From Candidatus Daviesbacteria bacterium (lineage in GTDB: Bacteria > Patescibacteriota > Microgenomatia > Daviesbacterales > UBA10151): a DNA stretch of 64,000 nt. Positions within the stretch are counted from its first letter, which is position 1; every line of letters starts with the position of its first letter. Under the pieces are notes generated by a model that saw nothing but the letters and a program-made list of their open reading frames with translations, was not told the origin of the DNA and did not search any database. The stretch is taken from positions 4,055-68,054 of the forward strand of contig JACPKP010000006.1 of NCBI GenBank assembly GCA_016186955.1. The letters run 5' to 3'. This document shows positions 1-8,320 of this stretch, in pieces. The position numbers and the translations under genes are program-made.

Positions 1-65
1 ATGCCAAAAATAGGAATAAGGCCTCATTTTTTGCAAAGCTTAAGGGTATTGGCGGAAATTTAAAT

Positions 66-344
66 ATGAAAAGGACACTTGACAGCAGAAGGCAAAATAT
101 TAATATCCAGGTGGGGTTAAACGCAGATTTTGCCGGGAGCATCAATGAACAAACAGGAGAGGCCAGGATGGATTTGCAAATTTTAGCTGATAAGAAAAAT
201 TCAGAGATGAAAGCTTCTGAACTTAAAGCCAAAAAACAGCAGCAGATGGCAGCTGTCTCAGGAGGCGGTAAAAATTTAAGGACTCACCTTGGCGCACAGG
301 AAGGCCAAAGCATGGTGGCAAACGCCATTGCAACCGCAGGATAA
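66..344 (+). CDS. hypothetical small protein (92 aa)
   Basis: Intact ORF in the track; no recognisable motif. Confidence 0.3.
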   Translation: MKRTLDSRRQNINIQVGLNADFAGSINEQTGEARMDLQILADKKNSEMKASELKAKKQQQMAAVSGGGKNLRTHLGAQEGQSMVANAIATAG

Positions 345-347
345 GTT

Positions 348-1832
348 TTACCCTTGAGAAGATTTGTTATTTTTCATTAACCCAAAAACATCAGGGTGTG
401 TTCTCAAATTGAATCCATCTTTTTCCCATCCTAAAAGATTGGGGTCTAAATTTATTCGTTCTTCGTATCTTCTTTTTAAGATTTGATAATAAGATGCATC
501 AATAGCTCGAATATTTAAGTGAGGGAATTGATCCTGAGCCATCAAGAATTTAGCCCATCCATCTGGATCTTCAAGTGGGTGTGCCATAATTTCATATAAA
601 GCTCGTTTACCTCTTTTGTTTGTGGTTACAAAATCCACACTTAGTACTGTTTCAGGAGAATCAAATATATCTCTAAACTGATCCGTTACCGCTAAAGATA
701 AGTTGAGCCCTATTTCATAATCCCTACAGATCAACTGCAATATCCTTGCTACATTAGCTTCCCATGTTGACTGAGCATAAAAACCAATATCTGGTCTAAA
801 CCCATGGATGGTAGGTAAATAATAGTGGTCTCTCCTCTCAGGATCTAATCTAGCTGTCCGCAAAGCTTGCGTAATCATCTGTCGGTATTCAGGGTTTTTC
901 CAAAGTTCAGTGTGTATGCGACTTAATTGAGAACGGTAATCAGTATTTTGCCATAAAGCTAAGGCAATTTCTCTGCGACATGCACTATATCCAGGGGACC
1001 GTCTTGTTCGTCTGCTTGCCTCAGCCCCTCTTTCCAAACAATCAGGATTCTGCCGCAACACCAGCATTTGTTGTCGAGATCTCTCAGTAGCCACAGCTTT
1101 GTATTCAGGATCTTGCCAAAGCTGAGCTAAAGTTTTAGATGAAGATACACGTTTAGATTCTCTAAAATCTGCATCCTCCCACTGTTTTTTTGCTTTTTCA
1201 GCTTGTTTTACCCTTGCCTCAGAACCTTGGTAATAGGTTCTTAGGGAAGCTGCAACCCTTCTTTTATGTTCGGGGTCAACCATTCTTTTTTTTTGTGCTT
1301 CTGATTGGATTTTTCTCCGCTCTTCGTCGGTATATTTAGCAATTCTTCTTGGTTTTTTTACTCTTTCTGATGTAGCACGCCTTGTTAAGTTACCAACTCG
1401 TAACTTTTCTGCTGTCCGTTCTTTTCTATCAGAGTCTTGCCAATATTGATCAAGCCCTTTTTCAACAGCCTTATGATTCTTTTGTCTAAATTCTTCGTTC
1501 TGTCAGAGTCTTTGAATAGCCTCACGGCGGGAGAAATATGGTATATTAGAAATTTTCATTAATTTCCCAACTAATTTATGAGTTAATCCATACTGTGAGG
1601 CAATATCCCTCAAGCTATCACCTTTAGTAGCCATTTGAGATATACGGAATAAAAGATTAGGTTCTCCCTCCGTAGATAAATTTGACGCCTCTATAGCTCT
1701 GAAACGATCTTGTATTCTTGCCGAAAAAGGACGTAACCCTTTAAGAGGTTGGGTAAATACTACATCAACACTGATAGCTCTAAATTTATCAGGATTAAAA
1801 GTTTCATTAGTCATAAATACAGTATTATACAA
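348..1832 (-). pseudogene. LysM-domain protein with W(Q/K)(D/N)PEYR-type repeats, single reading frame interrupted by one in-frame TGA at 1503..1505 (track ORFs 1503..1832 and 348..1283 share a frame)
   Basis: The N-terminal part has a LysM-like motif (GDSLRDIASQYGLTHKLVGKLMKISNI). I translated 1284..1502 by hand on the minus strand and found no further stop; it reads QNEEFRQKNHKAVEKGLDQYWQDSDRKERTAEK... and continues into MVDPEH. Repeats of YWQDSD, QWEDAD, LWQDPEY, LWQNTDY and LWKNPEY follow. An A9 homopolymer lies at 1284..1292 on the coding strand. Confidence 0.5.
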
Positions 1833-1886
1833 TAATGAAGAAAAATATCAAACTATAAGTTTAATTTTGGGTTTTAAATCTGATCT

Positions 1887-1909
1887 GTGGGCAGTAGAGC
1901 ACTCGAACC
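1887..1909 (-). repeat. degenerate copy of the tRNA-Val 3' end (gtgggcagtagagcactcgaacc)
   Basis: It shares 20 of 23 nt with the 3' end of the tRNA-Val gene at 2974..2996, in the same orientation. Confidence 0.5.
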
Positions 1910-1917
1910 TTTTAAAA

Positions 1918-1940
1918 AAACGCCCCCATTGCTGGGGGCG
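1918..1940 (-). terminator. rho-independent terminator for the membrane-protein gene
   Basis: Hairpin cgccccc-attgct-gggggcg followed by a run of T on the minus strand (aaaaaaa on plus). Confidence 0.6.
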
Positions 1941-1962
1941 AAGCCTGTGGTTTTTGGTCGAT

Positions 1963-2361
1963 CTACTGAAAGTACGACAGGAAATATGAGGGAGGATTCC
2001 AATCAGGGCTGGGATTAAACCAGCCATAAATGAAATGGCCCCCGATAACCAGAGTTAATATTCCGAAGAATACCACTCCAGTCAAACTGCCCTCAAAATC
2101 GCCTGAATTTTTGCTCTCTGCCAATCCCTGGTAATTACAAAGGGTCAAGAGCGAGAAGAAAACAATCGGAATCAACCCGCCCAAACCCGACCACAGGATA
2201 TACCCGAACAACACAGAAGCACCTATGATCACTACCAAAGCGATCAATGCTATGGCTAGACCAGCTATAAGCTGACCCAACCCCTTCGCGAAAGAGAGAA
2301 CCATGTGCTTTCCTCCAGAGGTTTGCAACCAGCAAACTATTAAGGTACTCTGACAAACCAA
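1963..2361 (-). CDS. small integral membrane protein (132 aa, several hydrophobic helices)
   Basis: Strongly hydrophobic translation (GLAIALIALVVIIGASVLFGYILWSGLGGLIPIVFF...). An upstream repeat is shared with the neighbouring gene. Confidence 0.5.
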   Translation of the reverse strand: MVCQSTLIVCWLQTSGGKHMVLSFAKGLGQLIAGLAIALIALVVIIGASVLFGYILWSGLGGLIPIVFFSLLTLCNYQGLAESKNSGDFEGSLTGVVFFGILTLVIGGHFIYGWFNPSPDWNPPSYFLSYFQ

Positions 2362-2469
2362 TCAGGCATGGGTATTATATAGAAAGAAGTACTACATGTC
2401 AAACTATGAGTTTAATGTTTAATTTTGGGTTGCTAAATCTGAAAAGAAGTTGGTCAGTATGTAACTATA

Positions 2470-2964
2470 TCAGGATGGTTCTATTAAACGGGATATGTCA
2501 ACAGGTTCTCCCAGCCTAAGCATATTCTTCTCTAAACCCGGTGTCCTGTTAACAAAAAGGAATTTACCTAAAGCTATTGCACTATTTTGAAGAATTCTTA
2601 ATTTCTTTTGGGTGAAGGATTTGAGGTCTTCATGAGTGTCATTGACCGGATTAAGATCACGATAAAAAGCATAGCCACGAAACCAAGCGTATTCATCTCC
2701 TATTTCCCATCTTACTCTGCTTGTCTCATTGAACCTATTAATAATAGGTTGAACAGTTCCCATAAGCAAATTTTCATAAAATACTCCATCATTTTGAAGC
2801 CCTACATTTGGGAAAGGAATCCTAACTCCATCTAGATGTCCTTCGCAGGATGACAAAGTCACAACTCCAACACTAATCAGACCTCTAACCAGACTCTGGA
2901 TTTTAGGGTCTATTTGGTTATGCGGCAGAGGTATATCATTTAACTCTCTAATTTGTTCGTTCAT
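2470..2964 (-). CDS. hypothetical protein; start trimmed to MNEQIREL so it does not overlap the tRNA
   Basis: Intact ORF. The track start at 3003 would overlap tRNA-Val, so I used the internal ATG at 2962..2964. Confidence 0.4.
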   Translation of the reverse strand: MNEQIRELNDIPLPHNQIDPKIQSLVRGLISVGVVTLSSCEGHLDGVRIPFPNVGLQNDGVFYENLLMGTVQPIINRFNETSRVRWEIGDEYAWFRGYAFYRDLNPVNDTHEDLKSFTQKKLRILQNSAIALGKFLFVNRTPGLEKNMLRLGEPVDISRLIEPS

Positions 2965-2973
2965 ATTTGTAAG

Positions 2974-3046
2974 TGGGCAGTAGAGGATTCGAACCTCTGA
3001 CATCGTTCACGTCAAGAACGCGCTCTACCAACTGAGCTAACTGCCC
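2974..3046 (-). tRNA. tRNA-Val (anticodon GAC)
   Basis: Reverse complement reads GGGCAGTTAGCTCAGTTGGTAGAGCGCGTTCTTGACGTGAACGATGTCAGAGGTTCGAATCCTCTACTGCCCA. It has a 7-bp acceptor stem, a D-loop with AGCTCAGTTGG, an anticodon loop TTGACGT and GGTTCGAATCC in the T-arm. Confidence 0.85.
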
Positions 3047-3156
3047 GTAAGCTTTAAGCAATTTTACCACTACTTGCCTTCAAATAAAAACTCCTATATT
3101 ATGATTTATGAGGGTTTATGTGTATATGAGAAAATCTGATGACAGTAAATTAGGGG

Positions 3157-3186
3157 GTTGACAAATTGTTTCTGATACTATAAGAT
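3157..3186 (+). promoter_or_regulatory. sigma70-like promoter (ttgaca - 16/17 nt - tataag) ahead of a leader of about 260 nt
   Basis: ttgacaaattgtttctgatactataagat read directly. Confidence 0.4.
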
Positions 3187-3445
3187 ATGTGCAGTTTAAT
3201 ATTTTGACGTTTGGATTTAGGACGAGAAGGTAAAGATTAGCTTGGGTAGGAAAAAAGGGCCACCGACTGAAAGCTCTTTAAACAAGTAACCCTTACGAAG
3301 GACCACCTGAAAAGTCAAGACGTGTGATTAGCGTTAACCAATCAAGAGCGGTTCGACAAAATGCCGAACAAACGAAGTGGAACCACGGTATTACCGTCTT
3401 CGATATAAATCGAGGGCGGATTTTTTTCGCCTTCATTGAAGGGAG

Positions 3446-3916
3446 GTGAGAAAAATGGAAATACCAAACCAGGAAAAACAACTTTATATAAAAAATTTAC
3501 AACTAATTTCCCCAAAAAGGGCTGTAAAATTGGGGATTAAAGCAATTTCACCACAATTTATGTCTCATGTTGTAAATATTTTCTTTAGGCAAGACGTGTT
3601 TAGCCGGATTGATGATGCTCCTTATCGGTTCAGATTAAACCAACCTATGCCGGCAAGGGAATGGATCTTAGGGAAAGAGGTGTTAGATAGTCGGCAAGTT
3701 AGCCATGATTTACCTTCGCATTCAGGAGGAGATTATGGAAAGTGGCTGGCTATACTGGAAGACCAGGGAGATAAAGAATGGCAGAAAGATCGGGTTATAA
3801 AAGCTAAGGAACTGAGAGCCTACTGCTGGAATGATAGGTGGAATGAAAGCCAGCATGTAGAGAGAATCTACAGGGGTTATCTTTTGTATGATCCAAGGCC
3901 AGGGAAATTGCTCTGA
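3446..3916 (+). CDS. hypothetical protein (156 aa)
   Basis: Intact ORF. A possible RBS gaagggaggtgag lies upstream. Confidence 0.4.
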   Translation: MRKMEIPNQEKQLYIKNLQLISPKRAVKLGIKAISPQFMSHVVNIFFRQDVFSRIDDAPYRFRLNQPMPAREWILGKEVLDSRQVSHDLPSHSGGDYGKWLAILEDQGDKEWQKDRVIKAKELRAYCWNDRWNESQHVERIYRGYLLYDPRPGKLL

Positions 3917-4046
3917 AAGCTGGATTTTATTATCCAGTTTGTGATTTAGAAAAACATCATAATTGGTATGAAAAATACCCGATATATGAATTTTCTATTT
4001 TAGAAAATGAGGTAGAATTTAAGGTTGTAAGATAGCCTTTGATTGG

Positions 4047-4078
4047 GAGCAGTAAAGATGGGTACCCATCTTTACTGC
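4047..4078 (+). terminator. perfect 13-bp hairpin (gcagtaaagatgg gtac ccatctttactgc) between the upstream ORF and thrS
   Basis: Perfect inverted repeat read directly. There is no strong T-tract, so it may be regulatory rather than an intrinsic terminator. Confidence 0.45.
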
Positions 4079-4116
4079 TTTAAGATGGATTTAATTTTTG
4101 TTATAGTATTAACATT

Positions 4117-5370
4117 ATGGATGATAAACAAAGCTTACCATTTGAAGATGACAAAAAGTTAAAAGATCATAAACAAATAGGTCAAGAGATGGAACTTTTT
4201 TTCACCGATGAAATTGCTCCAGGTGCGTCTTTTTGGCTTCCTAAGGGAATGGTAATCTTCAAGGAACTTGAGAAATATATTAGAGAATTGACCTTAGATG
4301 CAGGATACCTGGAAACTTCAACTCCAATTATGGTTAAAAGTGAGTTGTTTAAACAATCCGGACATTGGGAGAAATTTGGAGAACACAATATGTATAACTT
4401 AGTACTCTCTGAAGAGAATGACGAGTCTAAAGCTCTTTCATATTCCTTAAAACCTATGAACTGTCCTGAGTCGACTATTCTTTATAGGTTCAGACCAAGA
4501 AGTTATAAAGAATTACCCTTGCGTTTGATGGAGATTGGCAGGTTGCACAGAAGAGAAAAGTCTGGTGAAGTAAACGGGTTACTGCGGGTCAGACAACTGA
4601 CTATGGATGACGCTCATATTTATGCAAGAGAAGGTCAAATTTTTGATGAAGTATCGAATATTTTGGATACTATGGTAGAGTTTTACAAAAAGCTAGGCTT
4701 TGAACCTGAATTTAGATTTGCCACCAGACCTGAAACTAGGGCTGGGACAGATGAAATGTGGGATAAGGCAGAAGAAACATTATCTGAAGCTATAAAGAAG
4801 AAAGGGATTCAAGCAGGAGATAAAAAAGGTGATGGTGCTTTTTATGGACCTAAAATTGATTTACATATAAAGGATGCCCAAAAACGAGAATGGCAGCTGG
4901 CAACAGTCCAGCTCGATTTTCATATGCCGGAGGCATTTGATTTGAGATATATTAACGAGGAAGGACAAGCTCAAAAACCAGTAATGATACATCGTGCAAT
5001 TTTTGGCTCTTTTGAGAGGTTTATTGCTATTTTGACTGAGCATTTTCAGGGGGCTTTCCCTTTGTGGCTGTCACCAGTCCAGGCACAAATTATACCCATT
5101 TCAGATAAACACATCAACTATGCACAAAAATTACTCGGACAATTTAAGTCCCCAGGGATAAGGGTTGAGATTGACGGAAGGGCAGAAACTATGCAGTCTA
5201 AAATTAGGGATGCCCAAACGCAAAAAATCCCCTACATGATTATTGTAGGAGATAAGGAAGAGCAGTCCGGAAGTATTTCGATAAGAACCAGGGGTGGTGA
5301 AAATTTGGCTAACCAAGATATGGAACAATTTTTGGATAAAATAAAACAAGAGATTGCTGAAAAAGTTTAA
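4117..5370 (+). CDS. thrS: threonyl-tRNA synthetase, catalytic plus anticodon-binding core only (417 aa, no N-terminal TGS/editing domains)
   Basis: Aligns to the E. coli ThrRS C-terminal two-thirds: HRKIGKQLDLYH matches KDHKQIGQEMELFF, with PMNCP, the class II motifs, VMIHRAIFGSFERFIAIL and LAPVQ. Confidence 0.85.
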   Translation: MDDKQSLPFEDDKKLKDHKQIGQEMELFFTDEIAPGASFWLPKGMVIFKELEKYIRELTLDAGYLETSTPIMVKSELFKQSGHWEKFGEHNMYNLVLSEENDESKALSYSLKPMNCPESTILYRFRPRSYKELPLRLMEIGRLHRREKSGEVNGLLRVRQLTMDDAHIYAREGQIFDEVSNILDTMVEFYKKLGFEPEFRFATRPETRAGTDEMWDKAEETLSEAIKKKGIQAGDKKGDGAFYGPKIDLHIKDAQKREWQLATVQLDFHMPEAFDLRYINEEGQAQKPVMIHRAIFGSFERFIAILTEHFQGAFPLWLSPVQAQIIPISDKHINYAQKLLGQFKSPGIRVEIDGRAETMQSKIRDAQTQKIPYMIIVGDKEEQSGSISIRTRGGENLANQDMEQFLDKIKQEIAEKV

Positions 5371-5391
5371 CTGTGCTACAATATATGGTGT

Positions 5392-5460
5392 GTCATTCTA
5401 GGATTTTGTCATCCTGAGCAAAGCGAAGGATATATATTCTTCACTAAGTTCAGAATGACA
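5392..5460 (+). repeat. palindromic intergenic element (tgtcattct...agaatgaca) containing the gtcatcctgagcaaagcgaagga motif
   Basis: Terminal inverted repeats tgtcattct/agaatgaca. The internal motif is shared with other loci (see findings). Confidence 0.5.
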
Positions 5461-5501
5461 GGAAAAAGAGTGGCTTTTTTGAAGTTCAGGGAGGAAAACA
5501 A

Positions 5502-6059
5502 ATCGGTAAATATTATCGTCTAAATCTAAACATTCAAAGCCAAGAGCTTTTGGTAATTGATTCTGATGGCACTAAACTTGGTGTAATCAGCAAGGCAGAG
5601 GCATTGAATAAAGCACATGAACGTGGTTTAGACCTGGTGGAGATTGCGCCAAATGTTAAACCTCCGGTAGCGAAGATTTTGGATTTCCAAAAATTCCGCT
5701 ATGATGAAAGTAAAAAAGAGCAAGCTGCCAAAAAACATGCCAGGGATGTTTCCTTAAAAGAGATCTGGTTATCACCAAGAATCGCCGAGCATGATCTAAA
5801 CACCAGATTAAAAAGGGCTGATGGGTTTTTGAATGAGGGGGATAAGATTTTATTCAGGGTCAAGTTTAAAGGCAGGGAGATGGCACATTTGGAATTTGGG
5901 TTTCAGCTTTTAAAGAAGATTTTTAATCAATTCGGTGATAAAATAACAATTGAGCGTGAACCGAAGGTAGAAGGAAGAAGTATTACGGCAATAATAGGGA
6001 GGAGTAAAGGAGGGCCTAAAACAAATAATCAAGAAACAAGTAACGGAATAACAAAGTAA
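5502..6059 (+). CDS. infC: translation initiation factor IF-3, probable non-AUG start (AUC at 5502 after AGGGAGGA; the track uses TTG at 5550)
   Basis: YRLNLNIQSQELLVIDSDGTKLGVIS aligns to E. coli [25 protein letters not shown]. The frame is open back to 5470 with no ATG. IF3 classically starts with a rare codon. Confidence 0.8.
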   Translation: MGKYYRLNLNIQSQELLVIDSDGTKLGVISKAEALNKAHERGLDLVEIAPNVKPPVAKILDFQKFRYDESKKEQAAKKHARDVSLKEIWLSPRIAEHDLNTRLKRADGFLNEGDKILFRVKFKGREMAHLEFGFQLLKKIFNQFGDKITIEREPKVEGRSITAIIGRSKGGPKTNNQETSNGITK

Positions 6060-6084
6060 TATTCTTCGAGCAATAAACAATATT

Positions 6085-6285
6085 ATGAAAACTAAGCACA
6101 AAACAAAAAAGGCGCTAAGCAAACGGGTTAAAATTACCGGTACAGGTAAAATTTTGCGTTCGCATCAGTTGAGGGCAGGGCATCTTAAACGCCACAAAAC
6201 AAACAGGGCGCTCAGACGCCACAAAGAACCAATCCTGTTGAATAAAACAATGATAAAATCGTTTAAAAGAATGTTAGGTATATAG
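6085..6285 (+). CDS. rpmI: 50S ribosomal protein L35
   Basis: Small basic protein MKTKHKTKKALSKRVKITGTGKILRSHQ..., placed between infC and rplT as in the conserved operon. Confidence 0.8.
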   Translation: MKTKHKTKKALSKRVKITGTGKILRSHQLRAGHLKRHKTNRALRRHKEPILLNKTMIKSFKRMLGI

Positions 6286-6466
6286 AATATGGGGAGGACA
6301 AGGCGTTTTTTCAGGCAATCTAATAAATCAATGTCCGGTACGGAAGGGGCAAGAAATTTTAACCAGACCAACAGAGGAACCTGGCACGAACGGATATTAA
6401 ATTTTATTAAAGTGAGGGGGAAATCCTCCTACGCCAAGGCTTCGGAGGACAAGGGAATAAACTAAG

Positions 6467-6811
6467 ATGGCGAGAGTTAAAAGAGGCGTGGAGTCACACG
6501 CTAAACATAAAAAATTATTAAACTTAACAAAAGGCCATAAAGGCGGCCGGAGTAAGCTGGTCAAACAAGCCAAAGAATCACTCTTGCATGCAGGGCAATA
6601 TGCTTTTGCCGGGAGAAGACAAAGGAGGCGTGATATGAGGAGGCTTTGGATCACCCAGCTTAATGCTGCAACCAGAGTTGAGGGGATAAGTTATTCAAAG
6701 TTTATTGCAAAATTGAAAGAAAAAAATATCCTGCTTGACAGAAAAATCCTGGCAGATTTGGCAGTAAACCAACCAGCAGATTTTAAGAAAATTGTTTCCC
6801 AAGTTAAATAG
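6467..6811 (+). CDS. rplT: 50S ribosomal protein L20
   Basis: MARVKRGVESHAKHKKLLNLTKGHKGGRSKL... matches the L20 N-terminus. Confidence 0.9.
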   Translation: MARVKRGVESHAKHKKLLNLTKGHKGGRSKLVKQAKESLLHAGQYAFAGRRQRRRDMRRLWITQLNAATRVEGISYSKFIAKLKEKNILLDRKILADLAVNQPADFKKIVSQVK

Positions 6812-6821
6812 TATAATTGAT

Positions 6822-7184
6822 ATGGAAAAAATACCTTATTACCATGCTTCACGGTTTAAAACAGACGGTGATTGTAACCCCACATTCCTTTTAGCTGAAG
6901 AGGCTATTTCTGACAGGGCAAATGCTGATTTACATGTATCCTGCATTGGCGCTTCGTTTGGGGAACGAAGGTTTTCCTGGTTCGTTATTGTGTACGGGCC
7001 AAATTCCCCATCAAACAGCCTTGACCAACAATTACAAAGCATCTTATCAAAAGGGACAACCGTTACCATTCCGGATGATTTCATAAATGGTATGGTAGAA
7101 AGATACGTCCTAGAGGACCAAAAAGACAATAATCTATTAAGTAAACCTATCCATAAAGCCAATAAACCATTTAGCCCAAACTAA
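6822..7184 (+). CDS. hypothetical protein
   Basis: ORF between rplT and pheS. I used the internal ATG (MEKIPYY). Confidence 0.3.
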   Translation: MEKIPYYHASRFKTDGDCNPTFLLAEEAISDRANADLHVSCIGASFGERRFSWFVIVYGPNSPSNSLDQQLQSILSKGTTVTIPDDFINGMVERYVLEDQKDNNLLSKPIHKANKPFSPN

Positions 7185-7243
7185 TACCCAACCGCTCTTT
7201 TCATATCTTAAAACACAACTGCCAATATGCTAAAATTCAGCTT

Positions 7244-8302
7244 GTGGAAGAAAAGATTGAACAGTTATTAAATGAGTTCCCAGATAAAATAAAAAATGCC
7301 AAAACACTCAAGGATTGTGATATGCTTTTTCTGGAGCTTTATGGAAAAAAAGGTCATTTAACATTACTCACAAGAGAATTTAGGAATCTTGACAAAAACC
7401 TCCTGCAAAGGATCAGACCGAAGTTCCTCTCCGTAAAAAATCTGGAGATTGATTTAAACAAGCGCAAAGAGGAGATACGGGAAGAGGGATACCGAAAACT
7501 TGAAAGTGAAAAGTTGGATTTGGAAGAGATTGCTTCTCCGGCTTCGCCGGATCGCAATGACGGGCGCCGGAAAGGGCATTTGCATCCTACGACTATTTTC
7601 ATGCAGGAGATAGTTGAACTCTTTAAAAAGCTGGGGTTCCAGCAATATGATGCGCCCCAGATTGATACTGACTATAATAATTTTGAAGTATTAAACATTC
7701 CACCTGAACACCCAGCCAGGGATCTGTGGGACACATTGTACATAAATTCGAAATTCGAAATTCGAAATTCGAAATTACTCCTGAGGACTCATACATCTAA
7801 TTCCCAAATTCATATTATGAGGGAATTCAAACCCCCAATCAGGATGATGGTTTTGGGTAGATGCTTTAGGTATGAAAATTTGGACCCGAGACATGAACAT
7901 ACTTTTGACCAGTTTGAATTAGTTTATATAGACAAGGGCTTGAGCATGGCAAATCTGCAATTTCTTTCCGAATATTTTCTAAAGCACATGTTCGGGCAGG
8001 AGATTAAGGTCAGACTACAACCCGGATATTATCCCTTTACAGAACCTTCAGCAAAAATTTTAGGAGAGTGTATTTTTTGTAAAGGCAGCGGGTGTAAAAT
8101 TTGCGGCGGGGTGGGCTGGCTGGAACTGGCAGGTGCAGGTATGATCCACCCAAAAGTTTTAGAAAATGGCGGTGTTGACCCAAATATTTATTCAGGAATT
8201 GCTTGGGGCGTGGGTCCTGCCAGAATGGCAATGCTTAAATGGGGTATTGAGGATATCAGGGAATTTTTAAAAGGAGATTTGAAATTTCTTCAGAAATTTT
8301 AA
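7244..8302 (+). CDS. pheS: phenylalanyl-tRNA synthetase alpha subunit
   Basis: Class II core motifs (FTEPSAK... GAGMIHPKVLEN... GIAWGVGPARMAML). Contains an in-frame heptamer repeat (attcgaa)x4 at 7745..7776. Confidence 0.9.
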   Translation: MEEKIEQLLNEFPDKIKNAKTLKDCDMLFLELYGKKGHLTLLTREFRNLDKNLLQRIRPKFLSVKNLEIDLNKRKEEIREEGYRKLESEKLDLEEIASPASPDRNDGRRKGHLHPTTIFMQEIVELFKKLGFQQYDAPQIDTDYNNFEVLNIPPEHPARDLWDTLYINSKFEIRNSKLLLRTHTSNSQIHIMREFKPPIRMMVLGRCFRYENLDPRHEHTFDQFELVYIDKGLSMANLQFLSEYFLKHMFGQEIKVRLQPGYYPFTEPSAKILGECIFCKGSGCKICGGVGWLELAGAGMIHPKVLENGGVDPNIYSGIAWGVGPARMAMLKWGIEDIREFLKGDLKFLQKF

Positions 8303-8320
8303 ATTGTCATACAGAAAATT

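Noticed and set aside
3446-3916. Upstream ORF as the missing N-terminal editing domain of ThrRS.
   Set aside because: It has no HxxxH...CxxxH editing-site pattern. A strong hairpin plus a 200-nt spacer separate it from thrS. It is kept as hypothetical.
6839-7162. Minus-strand ORF antisense to 6822..7184, and small ORFs antisense within pheS, pheT, PBP, atp and recG genes.
   Set aside because: They are contained within strongly supported conserved genes and have no RBS or motif support.
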